Positions 37,899-48,128 of a stretch of 64,000 nucleotides of DNA are shown here, in pieces. Positions within the stretch are counted from its first letter, which is position 1. Each line of letters starts with the position of its first letter. The notes under the pieces are model-generated. The model was not told the DNA's origin, did no database searches, and was given only the letters and a program-made list of their open reading frames with translations. The position numbers were made by a program, and so were the translations under genes. The DNA is from an uncultured Candidatus Rokubacteria bacterium (GTDB lineage: Bacteria; Methylomirabilota; Methylomirabilia; Rokubacteriales; CSP1-6): positions 44,664 to 108,663 of the forward strand of contig CAVVEU010000015.1 of assembly GCA_963747235.1 (NCBI GenBank). Reading direction: 5' to 3'.

Positions 37899-40223
37899 CT
37901 GACCGCCGTCCTGCTGCTCTACGCGCTCACGCTCTTCGCGGGCGCCACGCTCCTGTTCGCGATGCAGCCGATGGTGGGCAAGATGATCCTGCCGCTGCTC
38001 GGCGGCACGCCCGCGGTGTGGAGCACCTGCATGGTGTTCTTCCAGGCCGCGCTCCTCGGCGGCTACGCCTACGCGCACGCGAGCACCGCGCGCCTGCGGC
38101 CCTCGCGCCAGGCGCTCCTGCACCTGATCGTCCTCGCGGTGCCCCTCGCGGTGCTGCCCCTGGCCGTGAACCCGCGCCTGCTGCGGGGCGGCGAGGCGAA
38201 CCCGGTGCTCGACGTGCTCACGCTCCTCTCGGTCTCGGTGGGCCTGCCGTTCCTGGTGGTGAGCGCGACCGCGCCGCTGCTCCAGCAGTGGTTCACCCGG
38301 ACCGGGCACCCGGCCGCGCGCGATCCCTACTTCCTCTACGCGGCCAGCAATCTCGGCAGCATGCTGGCGCTGCTGGGCTACCCGACCCTCGTCGAGCCGC
38401 GCCTGCCGCTGCAGGGGCCGAGCTGGCTCACCCAGACCACGCTGTGGAGCGTGGGCTACGGCGTGCTCGCGGTGCTGACCGCGCTCTGCGCGCTGACCCT
38501 CTGGTGGAAGCCGGCGGGCGCGGTGGCCGCAGCCCCGCCCCAAGATTCGGACAACGCGGCGGACGCGCCCGCCGAGCCGGCGCCCGGCTGGCGGCGCCGG
38601 CTCCACTGGATCGCTCTGGCCTTCGTGCCCTCGAGCCTGCTGCTCGGCGCGACCACCTACATCACGACGGATCTGGCCGCGGTGCCGCTCCTGTGGGTCC
38701 TGCCGCTCGCGATCTACCTGCTGACCTTCATCCTCGCCTTCGGCCGCTGGCCGCGGATGCTCCATCGCGCGACCGTCGCGATCACCCTGCCCCTCGTCCT
38801 GGTGGTGATCTTCCTGATGGTCTCCTCGCTGCCCGAGCGCATCTGGGTCACCGTGCTCTGGCACTTCGGCGTGCTCTTCGTGCTCGCGCTCGCCTGCCAC
38901 GGCGCGCTCGCCCTCGACCGCCCCGCTCCGCGCCACCTGACCGAGTTCTACCTGCTGATCTCGGTGGGCGGCGTGCTGGGCGGCCTCTTCAACGCCCTGC
39001 TCGCCCCGCTGATCTTCTCCTCGCTGATCGAGTACCCGCTGGTCATGGTGCTGGCCTGCGTGCTGCTCCGCGCGGGCCGCGGCGACGCGGGGCTCGGGCT
39101 CGGCGCCGGCGCCCTGCGGGCCGCGGCCCTCGTGCTGGTGGTCGCGGCCCTCGCCCTCGTCCTCTACTCGGAGTCGGCCACGCTCCGGGTGGACTTCTCG
39201 TTCCTGGCCCGCGTGCTCGAGTGGAGCAGCGCGCAGGTCGGCGAGCGGCTCGATCCGATCGAGCGGCCGCTCAACAAGGCGCTGATCTACGGCCCGCCGC
39301 TGGTGCTCGCCTGGCTCCTGCGACGCCGGCCGCTCCACCTGGGGCTGGCGCTGGCCGCGGTGCTGCTGGTGGCCGGCTTCGTGGACGCGCGCAACAACGA
39401 CCAGATCCGCCAGAGCCGCTCCTTCTTCGGCGTGCTCCGCATCTCCCGCGATCGCGACCCGAAGGGCTACACCGAGCTGCGCCACGGCACCACGCTGCAC
39501 GGGCGGCAGAGCCTCGAGCCCTCGCGGCGCGCGGAGCCGCTCTCCTACTACCAGAGCAAAGGCCCCATCGGCCAGCTCTTCGCCGAGCTCGACCGCCGAC
39601 CCGGCGCGGTGCGAATGGCGGTGATCGGGCTCGGCACCGGCACGCTCGCGGCCTACGCGCGGCCCGGCGATCGCGTCACCTTCTACGAGATCGATCGCCT
39701 CGTGCGCGACGTGGCCTTCGATCCCCGCTACTTCACCTACGCGGCGGACGCGCGCGACCGCGGGGCCAGCCTGCGGATGGAGCTGGGCGACGCGCGCATC
39801 CGCCTGGAGGCGGTGCGCCGGGACCGGCCGGAGGAGCGCTACGACGTGATCCTGGTGGACGCCTTCACCTCGGACGCGATCCCGGTGCATCTCCTCACCC
39901 GGGAGGCCCTGCGGCTCTACTTCGAGATGCTCGGGCCGCGCGGCATCCTCGCGCTGCACATCTCCAACCGCTACCTGCGCCTCGAGCCGGTGGTGGCCAA
40001 CCTGGCGGTGGACCGCGGCTACGCGCGCCTGCTCCAGCACGGCGACACCGGCGACGTGCGCGGCGGCGTGGAGGCGAGCTGGGCGCTGCTGGCCCGGCGT
40101 CCGGAAGACTTCGGCGAGCTGGTGTCGGACTCGCGGTGGACGGTGGCGTCGCTGGATCCGGAGCCCGCGGTCGGCACCTGGACCGACGACTTCCACAACC
40201 TGCTCTCGGTATTCAAGTGGTGA
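37899..40223 (+). CDS. Multi-TM membrane protein fused to spermidine synthase-like SAM-dependent domain
   Basis: QPMVGKMILPLLGG..AVW, many TM helices, HGTTLHG, IGLGTG, DAFTSD, HISNR, WTDD. Confidence 0.88.
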   Translation: MTAVLLLYALTLFAGATLLFAMQPMVGKMILPLLGGTPAVWSTCMVFFQAALLGGYAYAHASTARLRPSRQALLHLIVLAVPLAVLPLAVNPRLLRGGEANPVLDVLTLLSVSVGLPFLVVSATAPLLQQWFTRTGHPAARDPYFLYAASNLGSMLALLGYPTLVEPRLPLQGPSWLTQTTLWSVGYGVLAVLTALCALTLWWKPAGAVAAAPPQDSDNAADAPAEPAPGWRRRLHWIALAFVPSSLLLGATTYITTDLAAVPLLWVLPLAIYLLTFILAFGRWPRMLHRATVAITLPLVLVVIFLMVSSLPERIWVTVLWHFGVLFVLALACHGALALDRPAPRHLTEFYLLISVGGVLGGLFNALLAPLIFSSLIEYPLVMVLACVLLRAGRGDAGLGLGAGALRAAALVLVVAALALVLYSESATLRVDFSFLARVLEWSSAQVGERLDPIERPLNKALIYGPPLVLAWLLRRRPLHLGLALAAVLLVAGFVDARNNDQIRQSRSFFGVLRISRDRDPKGYTELRHGTTLHGRQSLEPSRRAEPLSYYQSKGPIGQLFAELDRRPGAVRMAVIGLGTGTLAAYARPGDRVTFYEIDRLVRDVAFDPRYFTYAADARDRGASLRMELGDARIRLEAVRRDRPEERYDVILVDAFTSDAIPVHLLTREALRLYFEMLGPRGILALHISNRYLRLEPVVANLAVDRGYARLLQHGDTGDVRGGVEASWALLARRPEDFGELVSDSRWTVASLDPEPAVGTWTDDFHNLLSVFKW

Positions 40224-41835
40224 GGAAGCGCCGGCGGCGGCGCAGGATCTCGCGCGCCGCGTTCCACCCGGGCGAGCCCATCACCCCGCCGCCCGGGTGC
40301 GCGGCGGCCCCGCAAAGGTAGAGGCCCGCCACCGGCGTCCGGTAGCCCGCGTGGCCCGGCACCGGGCGCAGCGAGAAGAGCTGGCCCGGCGTCATCGCGC
40401 CCTGGAAGATGTTGCCGCCGGTGAGCCCGAACACGCGCTCGATGTCGAGCGGGGTCAGCACCTGGCGCGCCAGCACCGAGCGGCTGAAGTTGGGCGCGTA
40501 CTCGTCGAGCAGCGCGAAGCACCGGTCGGCGAAGGCCTCGCCGATCTGGTCCCAGCTCGTCCCCCGGAGCGCATAGGGCGCGTACTGCACGAAGATGGAC
40601 ATGAGGTGGCGGCCGGGCGGCGCCACGGTGGGATCCACCACCGAGGGGATGGTGCACTCGAGCACCGGCCGCTCCGACGGGCGGCCGTACTTCGCGTCGT
40701 CGTACGCGCGCTCGATGTAGTCGAGATCGGGGCAGATGTGGATGGTGCCGCGGTGCTGGGGCCCGGGCGTGGTGCCGGGACACGCGGTGAAGCTCGGCAG
40801 CTCGCTCAGGGCCACGTTGATCTTGAGCGAGGCGCTCTCGTAGGAGATGCGCGACACCGCGTCGCGGAAGGCGGGCGGCAGCGCCTCCGGGGCGAGCAGG
40901 CGGAGGAAGGTCACGTGGGCGTCGGCGTTGCTCGCCACGATCCGGGCGCGGCATTCTTCCCCGCTCTCGAGCGCCACCCCGGTCACCCGGCCGTCGCGCA
41001 CCGTGATGCGGGCCACCGGCGCCTCGCAGCGGATCTCGACGCCCAGGTCGCGCGCCGCGCGCGCCAGCGCCTGGGTGAGCCCGCCCATGCCGCCGCGCAC
41101 GTACCCCCACACGCCGCGCCGGCCGTCGGTCTCGCCCATGACGTGGTGGAAGAGCACGTAGCCGGTGCCCGGCGTGGACGGGCTCGCCATCGCGCCGATG
41201 ATCGCGTCGGTGGCGAGCGTGGCCTTGAGCTCGGTGGATTCGAACCAGCGGTCGAGGATCGTCCGCGCGGGCCCGGTGAGCAGCTCGACCGCCTCGGAGG
41301 CCCCGTCGCCCAGGCGCGCGAAGCTGCGGCCCAGGCCCAGGAGCTGGAGCAGCCCGCGCGGGCCGGGCCGCAGCAGATCGGGCGGCGTCATGCCGAGCGT
41401 CGGCTCGACGAAGGCGGCCACCCGCTCCAGCATGGCCTCGTATTCCGGATAGCGGGCCGCGTCGCGCGCGCTGAACTTGGCGATCTCGGCGCGCGTCAGC
41501 TCCGCGTCCGGCCCCAGGGTGAGCGAGCGGCCGTCGGGCAGCGGCGTGAAGGACGACGGGCTGCGCGGGAGCACCTCGAAGCCGTAGTCGCCCAGGCGCA
41601 GGTCGCGGACGATCTCCTTGCGGAAGAGGCTGTTGACGTAGGCCGCGGTCGAGACCTTGAAGCCCGGGAAGGTCTCCTCGGTCACGCAGGCGCCGCCCAC
41701 CAGGTACCGCCGCTCCAGCACCAGCACGCGCAGCCCCGCGCGCGCCAGGTAGCAGGCGGTGACGAGCCCGTTGTGCCCCGCGCCGATCACGATCGCGTCG
41801 TGCCCGCGCCGGCGGCCGGCGGGCACCGGCGTCAC
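40213..41835 (-). CDS. Phytoene desaturase family FAD oxidoreductase
   Basis: IGAGHNGL, GGACVTEE, GGMG, GGNIFQG, LCGAAAHPGGGV. Confidence 0.88.
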   Translation of the reverse strand: MTPVPAGRRRGHDAIVIGAGHNGLVTACYLARAGLRVLVLERRYLVGGACVTEETFPGFKVSTAAYVNSLFRKEIVRDLRLGDYGFEVLPRSPSSFTPLPDGRSLTLGPDAELTRAEIAKFSARDAARYPEYEAMLERVAAFVEPTLGMTPPDLLRPGPRGLLQLLGLGRSFARLGDGASEAVELLTGPARTILDRWFESTELKATLATDAIIGAMASPSTPGTGYVLFHHVMGETDGRRGVWGYVRGGMGGLTQALARAARDLGVEIRCEAPVARITVRDGRVTGVALESGEECRARIVASNADAHVTFLRLLAPEALPPAFRDAVSRISYESASLKINVALSELPSFTACPGTTPGPQHRGTIHICPDLDYIERAYDDAKYGRPSERPVLECTIPSVVDPTVAPPGRHLMSIFVQYAPYALRGTSWDQIGEAFADRCFALLDEYAPNFSRSVLARQVLTPLDIERVFGLTGGNIFQGAMTPGQLFSLRPVPGHAGYRTPVAGLYLCGAAAHPGGGVMGSPGWNAAREILRRRRRFLTT

Positions 41836-42800
41836 TCGATCACCTGATCCGCGCGCAGCAGGAACGATGGCGGCATCGTCAGTCCGAGAGCCTTGGCGGT
41901 CTTGAGATTGACGATCAGCTCGTACTTGGTGGGCAGCTCGATCGGCAGGTCGCCGGGCTGGGCACCCTTGAGGAGGCGATCGACATAGACCGGCACCCGT
42001 TGCTCCCACAGCTCGATGACGTTCGGACCGTAGGACATGAGGCCTCCCGCGTCCGCCACTTCCCGGAAGGGCGCGACGAGCGGGAGCCGGTGCTTGACCG
42101 CGAGATCGGCGATACGCTGTCGCTCTCCGAAGAACGCCGAGCTGGACAGCATGAGGAGCGCGTCGGCGCCTTCTCGCTTCAGCGCGGAGAGCGCGCCATC
42201 GTACTGGGACGACCCTTCCACCTCGACCACGTGCGGCCGGAGGCCCAGCGCGCGGGCCGCTCCCTCGGCGGCCCGAACCTGCGCACCGGCCCGAGGCCAG
42301 GCGAGCACTCCCACGCGGCGCGCCCCGGGGAGCACGAGCTTGAGGAGCTCGAGGCGCTTGCCGATCAGCTCGGGCGCATGGAGCGTGATGCCGGTGAGGT
42401 TACCGCCGGGCCGCGCGAGGCTCGTCACCCAGCCCTCCTCGACCGGATCGTCCACCGCGAACGTCATGACGGTCGGGATCGCGTGGGTGGCCGCCCGCGC
42501 GGCCCGGATCCCGACGCTGCTGACCAGGAGAACGTCGACCTTGAGGCCGACGAGCTCGGCGGCCAGCGCGGGCAGCCGCGCGAGGTCCCCGCGCGCGTAG
42601 CGCTGCTCGAGGATCAGGTTCTGCCCGGGCACCCAGCCCAGACGACGCATGCCGTGCCCGAAGGCCGCGATCGAGGGGCCCGGACCTCCCGGCGACAGGA
42701 TCCCGACGCGATAGACCCGCCCGGCCGGCTGCGCCAGCACGACCCGCACCGAGGTCAGGGCGGTCCCCGCGATCGCGCCGATGAAAGCCCGCCGGTTCAT
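41832..42800 (-). CDS. ABC transporter substrate-binding protein (orphan)
   Basis: MNRRAF, SLARPGGNLTG, GGLMSYG, GDLPIELPTKYELIVNLKTAKALG. Confidence 0.9.
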   Translation of the reverse strand: MNRRAFIGAIAGTALTSVRVVLAQPAGRVYRVGILSPGGPGPSIAAFGHGMRRLGWVPGQNLILEQRYARGDLARLPALAAELVGLKVDVLLVSSVGIRAARAATHAIPTVMTFAVDDPVEEGWVTSLARPGGNLTGITLHAPELIGKRLELLKLVLPGARRVGVLAWPRAGAQVRAAEGAARALGLRPHVVEVEGSSQYDGALSALKREGADALLMLSSSAFFGERQRIADLAVKHRLPLVAPFREVADAGGLMSYGPNVIELWEQRVPVYVDRLLKGAQPGDLPIELPTKYELIVNLKTAKALGLTMPPSFLLRADQVIE

Positions 42801-42838
42801 TGCCTGGCCCGCCGCGATCCGCTATTGTCACGGGCGCC

Positions 42839-43309
42839 ATGACCTTCGAGCCGGTGACGCCGCGCCTCGAGCGCCTGTGCCGGGCGACGGTGGAGATCGC
42901 CGCGCCCCTCGTGGTCGGCGACACGCCGGTCGGCCTTCGCCGCATCATCCCGATCACCGGCGGGCGGGTCGAGGGCGCGCGCTTCTCCGGGGACGTGCTG
43001 ACCGGCGGCGCCGACTGGCAGATCGTGCGGGCCGACGGGGGCGCGGTGCTCGAAGCGCGCTACACCGTGCGCACCCCCGACGGGGCGCTCGTCTACGTGC
43101 GGAACATCGGCCTGCGCTGCGGGCCGCCCGAGGTGCTGGCGCGGCTCGGACGCGGCGAGCCGGTCGATCCCGCGTCCTACTACTTCCGCACCACGCCCCG
43201 CTTCGAGACCGGCGCGCCGGCCCATGCGTGGCTCAACGACGTGATCGCGGTGGGCTCGGCGGTGCGGCGGGCCGACGCGGTGATCCTGGACTTCTACGTG
43301 GTCGCCTAG
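42839..43309 (+). CDS. DUF3237 family protein
   Basis: RRIIPITGG, GGADWQ, YFRTTPRFET, WLN. Confidence 0.88.
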   Translation: MTFEPVTPRLERLCRATVEIAAPLVVGDTPVGLRRIIPITGGRVEGARFSGDVLTGGADWQIVRADGGAVLEARYTVRTPDGALVYVRNIGLRCGPPEVLARLGRGEPVDPASYYFRTTPRFETGAPAHAWLNDVIAVGSAVRRADAVILDFYVVA

Positions 43310-43333
43310 CGGGTCGGACAACGTATCGCGCGG

Positions 43334-44347
43334 CTACCGGATCACGCGCCCCGCGCGGCCCACCATCGCGGTCGGGATGGTGATCCCCAGCGCGGCCGCG
43401 GTCTTCAGGTTGACCGCCAGCTCGAATCGGGTGGGCCGCTCGACCGGGAGATCGGCGGGTTTGGCGCCCTTGAGGATCTTGTCCACGTACGCCGCGACGC
43501 GGGTATTGACCTCGGCCAGGCTCGGGCCGTAGGACAGCAGGCCGCCCGCCTCCACGATCTCCGGCCACTCGTACATCGCGGGCAGCCGGTGGCTGGCCGC
43601 GAGCTGCAGGATCCGCTCGCGGTTGCTCGAGAGGATCGGGTCGGTGGTGACGAAGAGCGCCCGGGCCCCACCCCGCGTGACGGTCGCGAAGGCGTCGGGA
43701 TACTGCTCGGGCAGCCGCGCGTCGGCCACGTGGATCTCCAGCGCCATCGTCCGCCCCGCCGTCTCGGTCTCCCGCGCCTCGGCCGCGCTGCTCGGATTGC
43801 GGAGGTTGGCCAGAACCGCGACCCGGCGCAGGCCGGGCAGGCATTCGCGGAGCATCTCGAGCCGCTTGCCGGCCAGCTCCGGGAAGTAGGTGGTCACACC
43901 GGTGACGTTGCTGCCGGGACGGGCGAGGCTGGCCACGAACAGGCCCGCGACCGGGTCGGTGCCGCTCACCATCACGATGGGGATGGTGGACGTCGCGTTC
44001 TCGGCCGCCCGGATCGCGGGCGAGGACACCGCGACGATCAGGTCCACCCCGCTCCGCACCAGGTCGGCGGCCAGATCGGGCAGGCGCTCGAAGTCCTCGT
44101 TGGCCCCGCGGATCTCGAACCGGACGTCGCGGCCTTCCACGTAGCCCAGGTCGCGCAGGCGCTGCCGCAGCTCGACCATGCCCCCGCGGGCCGACACCGA
44201 CGACGGGGTGAGGTAGCCCACGCGGGCGACGCGTCCCTGCTGGGCGGGAGCCGCCCGCGGGAGGAGGAGAGCCCCGGCGGCCCCCATCGTCACGAACGTC
44301 GCGACGAACGCCCGCCGATCCGCCGCCGCTCCCGAGCCCCTGATCAT
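43334..44347 (-). CDS. ABC transporter substrate-binding protein (orphan)
   Basis: SLARPGSNVTG, GGLLSYG, ADLPVERPTRFELAVNLKTA; paralogue of 41832-42800. Confidence 0.9.
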   Translation of the reverse strand: MIRGSGAAADRRAFVATFVTMGAAGALLLPRAAPAQQGRVARVGYLTPSSVSARGGMVELRQRLRDLGYVEGRDVRFEIRGANEDFERLPDLAADLVRSGVDLIVAVSSPAIRAAENATSTIPIVMVSGTDPVAGLFVASLARPGSNVTGVTTYFPELAGKRLEMLRECLPGLRRVAVLANLRNPSSAAEARETETAGRTMALEIHVADARLPEQYPDAFATVTRGGARALFVTTDPILSSNRERILQLAASHRLPAMYEWPEIVEAGGLLSYGPSLAEVNTRVAAYVDKILKGAKPADLPVERPTRFELAVNLKTAAALGITIPTAMVGRAGRVIR

Positions 44348-44415
44348 TGGAGTCCCTCGCCCACCCGTCGTAGAATAGCTGGAACCGGGACCAGGTCAAC
44401 AATCGCGGAGGCTAC

Positions 44416-44793
44416 ATGGGACGAGCGCGTATCCTGGTGATCGACGACGAGCGCGCGGTGCGCGACCTGATCTCGGACGCCCTGAACATCGAAGGCCACG
44501 AGGTCGTCACCGCCGAGAACGGCAAGGAAGGTCTCGACCTCATCGGCCAGTACCGCTTCGACCTCGTGTTCTGCGACCTGCGCATGCCCGAGATGGACGG
44601 CCAGGCCTTGTACGAGGAGGTCCAGCGGAATCATCCGCAGGTGCTCAAGCGGATCGTCTTCGTGACCGCCCAGGCGAACTCGTCGGACTATGGCCCGTTC
44701 CTGCGCGAGACCGGGATCCCGGTCATCGAGAAGCCCTTCACGCTGAGCCAGCTCCGGCAGGCGGTCGGGAAGGTGGTCGGGCAGACGCGGTAG
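44416..44793 (+). CDS. Single-domain response regulator
   Basis: ILVIDDE, CDLRMPEMDG, FVT, EKPF. Confidence 0.9.
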   Translation: MGRARILVIDDERAVRDLISDALNIEGHEVVTAENGKEGLDLIGQYRFDLVFCDLRMPEMDGQALYEEVQRNHPQVLKRIVFVTAQANSSDYGPFLRETGIPVIEKPFTLSQLRQAVGKVVGQTR

Positions 44794-44806
44794 ACGGCCC
44801 GCGCCG

Positions 44807-45850
44807 TCAGTCCTGGCCGAGCGACTTCAGGAAGTCGGCGTTGGTCGCGGTCAGCTTGAGGCGGCCCAGGAGCGCTTCCATCGCCTCCTGCGGCTTGGTG
44901 CCGGACAGGGCGCGCCGCAGCATGTGGATCTTCTTCATGTCTTCCTCGGAGAACAGCAGCTCCTCGCGCCGCGTCCCCGACCGCATCAGATCGAACGAGG
45001 GGAAGATCCGCCGGTCGGCCAGCTCGCGCGAGAGGTAGAGCTCCATGTTGCCGGTGCCCTTGAACTCCTCGAAGATGATCTGGTCCATGCGCGACCCGGT
45101 GTCCACCAGCACCGTGCCGATGATGGTGAGCGAGCCGCCCTCCTCGATCTTGCGGGCCGCCCCGAAGAACGCGCGCGGCATCTGGAAGGCGCGGCTGTCG
45201 ATGCCGCCCGACATGGTGCGCCCGCGCGAGGAGAGCTCGTTGTTGTAGGCGCGCGTCATGCGGGTGAGCGAGTCGAAGAGGATCAGCACGTCCCGCTTCT
45301 CCTCGACTATTCGCTTCGCCTTGTCGATGACTTGCTCGGTGATTTCTATATGTCGCCGGTAGGGATTGTCGTTGCTGGAGGCGAAGATCTCGGCCTGCTT
45401 GCCGATCTGCATCTTGAAGTCGGTGACTTCCTCGGGCCGCTCGTCCACCAGGAGCACCATCACCACCACCTCGGGATGGTTGGCGAGCACCGACTTGGCG
45501 ATCTTCTGGAGCAGCATGGTCTTCCCGGTCCGGGGCGGGGCCACGATCAGGCCGCGCTGCCCTCGACCGATCGGCGCGATCATGTCCAGCGCGCGCATGG
45601 AGAGCTCGTCCCGGGTGAGCTCGAGCTTGAACTTCTCGTACGAGTGGACCGCGGTGAGGCCTTCGAAGATCGACGGGGTGTGAGCCCGGGGGGAGCGGGG
45701 CGGGCCGGCATCGGACCACGCGGCCCCTGGCCTTGTCCGCCGCCCTGGTCCTGGTCCGCCGCCCTGGCCTGGTCCCGATCCTTGTCCTTGCCCCTGCCCC
45801 TGCGGCGGTCGGTTCCCGGAGTGGCGGCGGTGGCGGGATCGCCTACTCAA
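44807..45850 (-). CDS. rho: Transcription termination factor Rho lacking the canonical N-terminal RNA-binding domain
   Basis: PIGRGQRGLIVAPPRTGKT, DERPEEVTD, DSLTR, GRTMSGG, EEFKGTGNME, SGTRREELL; only ~60 aa precede FEGLTAVH. Confidence 0.93.
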   Translation of the reverse strand: MSRRSRHRRHSGNRPPQGQGQGQGSGPGQGGGPGPGRRTRPGAAWSDAGPPRSPRAHTPSIFEGLTAVHSYEKFKLELTRDELSMRALDMIAPIGRGQRGLIVAPPRTGKTMLLQKIAKSVLANHPEVVVMVLLVDERPEEVTDFKMQIGKQAEIFASSNDNPYRRHIEITEQVIDKAKRIVEEKRDVLILFDSLTRMTRAYNNELSSRGRTMSGGIDSRAFQMPRAFFGAARKIEEGGSLTIIGTVLVDTGSRMDQIIFEEFKGTGNMELYLSRELADRRIFPSFDLMRSGTRREELLFSEEDMKKIHMLRRALSGTKPQEAMEALLGRLKLTATNADFLKSLGQD

Positions 45851-46136
45851 GTGGGATGCTCATTGGCGCAAACCCTTTCCCTCACCAACATTAGAGGTGA
45901 ACCGTCACGCCGGTCAATCGGCGCCGCGGTGCGGGGGCACGCGCGGGGGGCCCCGGTCCGGCGGGCCCATGACTGGCCCCAAGTGTACCGGAACGCGTTC
46001 GCCGCCACCAGAGAATCGCGGCCCAGGCCGCCCCGGGGTGTTCTTACCGGGTCGTTCGTTCCGGCGACCCCGTCAGCCGGCCCCGCCGTCCGGTCCCACC
46101 TGCCGCCGAGAGCAGGGATTGCGTCGCGAGGTCGCG

Positions 46137-46151
46137 CGGCACATGGATTGC
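46137..46151 (+). promoter_or_regulatory. Putative sigma54 promoter
   Basis: CGGCAC-ATGGA-TTGC ending 13 nt before ATG 46165. Confidence 0.5.
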
Positions 46152-46164
46152 TCCTTCCCGCGAC

Positions 46165-47094
46165 ATGCCTTCGCGATGGCAATCGGTCTGTATCGTCGTG
46201 ACACCCGGGTCCGGAGAGGGACGGGCGCGCGGGATCGCGCGGCGGCTCGCCCGGCTTCTCCGGCGCCGGGGCTCCGCGGTCACGATCCAGGCGTTCGACG
46301 ACCTGCCCTCGCTCACGGAGTGGGCGGGCGCCTGTGGGCCGGAGTTCGAGGTGGTCTGCTGCGTCGGCGGCGACGCCACCCAGAGCGCCGCCGCGCTGCT
46401 GGCCCGGCGCCACCGGATCCCGTTCGTGCCGATCCCGACCGGCTTCGGCAATCTCTTCGCCGGCGTCTTCGGCCATCCGTCCTCTCCCCGCGAGGCGGCG
46501 CGGCTCCTGGACGAGGGCGAGGTCCGGCTGGTGGACGTCGGCGTGGCGGGCGACGAGCTCTTTCTCTCCCACAAGAGCTATGGCTTCCTCGACCAGGTCC
46601 AGGAGGCGGTGGAGGAAGGGCGCCGCCAGCCGCGCGATCGCGTCCGGCGGCTACTCGCCTACTACCGCACCGCGGTGCGGGCGGTCTGGCAGACGCCGCT
46701 GGCCCCGATCGGCGTCGAGGTGGACGGGGCGCTGGCCGCGGACCAGGCGGTGCTGGTCACGGTGGCCAACGTGGAGACCTACCGCGATTTCCTGAGCCTC
46801 ACCCCCGCCGCCTCCCCCATCGATGGGCGCCTCGACGTGTTCGTGATCCCGCGGACGTCGAAGTGGGGCCTCGCGTGGCGGCTGCTCCGGCTCAAGCTGC
46901 GCCTGCCCGGCCGCTGGACGGGCGTGTCGGTCTACCGCGGGCGCGAGGTCGTCGTCGTGAGCTCGGCCGGGCGCGAGACGCTGCGGGTGGTGCGACGGGT
47001 GCTGCCCCTGGTGCTGCCCCCGGGCGCGATCGAGCAGCTCAAGCGGCGTCAGCGCGAAGGCGAGGAGGAGGTGCCGCTCGAGACGGTGGCCTGA
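46165..47094 (+). CDS. Diacylglycerol kinase family lipid kinase
   Basis: TPGSG, VGGDAT, PTGFGNLFA, DGRLDV. Confidence 0.82.
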   Translation: MPSRWQSVCIVVTPGSGEGRARGIARRLARLLRRRGSAVTIQAFDDLPSLTEWAGACGPEFEVVCCVGGDATQSAAALLARRHRIPFVPIPTGFGNLFAGVFGHPSSPREAARLLDEGEVRLVDVGVAGDELFLSHKSYGFLDQVQEAVEEGRRQPRDRVRRLLAYYRTAVRAVWQTPLAPIGVEVDGALAADQAVLVTVANVETYRDFLSLTPAASPIDGRLDVFVIPRTSKWGLAWRLLRLKLRLPGRWTGVSVYRGREVVVVSSAGRETLRVVRRVLPLVLPPGAIEQLKRRQREGEEEVPLETVA

Positions 47095-48054
47095 AGCCCG
47101 GCGCGCTTCGCCCGCCAGCCCATGGCCGCGAGCACGAGCATGCCGATCGCGATCCACACGACCTGACGCGCCCGGCGCACGAAGCTGAACGCGAGGCCGG
47201 CGCCCGCGCCCAGGCCCATGGCCTCGAACGCGGCCGCGTTGGCGCTCTCGAAGGCCCCCAGGCTCGCGGGCACCAGGAACGTGGCGAAGCGCACGCCCGC
47301 GCCGAGGGCCTCGATCACGGTGGCGGTCACGAGGTCGGCGGGGATACCCAGGAACACGAGGATCACGTAGGCCTCGACGGCGCCGAGCAGCCAGCCGGCC
47401 AGGTGGAAGATGGTGGACCACGCGAGCCGGCGCCAGTCGCGCCGGTAGTAGTCGCGCAGCGCGACGTCGAGCCGCTTCGCGTAGTCCCCGGGCGTCACCA
47501 CCCCGAACCACTCGAGCAGCCGTCCCGCGCGCCCGACGATGCCCGCCACCTGCACGCCGACGAAGCCGGCCACCGCCGCCACCTCGACCACGAGCAGCCA
47601 GAGCATGGCCGCGATCACGCGCGAGTCGGTGGCGAGCATGGTCCAGGCCAGCGCGATCCCGATCAGGAGAAAGAGCGCCTGCGCGATGGTGATGCGTGGT
47701 CTTGGCGATCACGACCGACGGCACGCTCTCCTCGTAGGTGACGTCCCGGCGGATGAGCCACGCCTTCACCGCCTCGCCGCCCATCGAGCCGAGCGCGGTC
47801 ACGAGGTTGAGAGCCTCGCCGGCCAGGCGCGCGCCGTAGAGGCGGTGAAAGGGCGCCGGGTCGCGCGGGAACGCGAAGCGCCAGCCCACGGTGTCCACCG
47901 CCATGATCACCGCGTAGGGCAGGCAGACCAGCGCGAGCTGCCACCACGTGAGCCGGGCCAGCGCCTCGAGAATGGGCGCCGGGCCGATGCGGTACACCGA
48001 CACCGCGATCGCCACGATCCCGAGGACGAGCAGGACGGCCTTCACCCGACGCAT
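47049..48054 (-). CDS. Lysylphosphatidylglycerol synthase-type TM (flippase-like) protein, frameshift near 47690
   Basis: RLAGEALN...GGEAVKA, VPASLGAFE, VRRARQVVW; multi-TM. Confidence 0.8.
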
Positions 48055-48128
48055 GCCGTTAGAATGCTACAACTTCCATGCCACGCCGCACCCTCAGGGG
48101 CTGACCACCGCTGGTGTCGTGTGGCATC

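Noticed and set aside
45755-45803. Short tandem repeats in the rho 5' region as a repeat array
   Set aside because: They encode the GQ/GP low-complexity peptide and are not a separate DNA element or CRISPR array.
45851-46000. Riboswitch in the rho leader (GCAAACC motif, GC hairpins)
   Set aside because: The GCAAACC lies on the strand opposite to rho and lacks the rest of the c-di-GMP-I consensus. I recognised no other aptamer.
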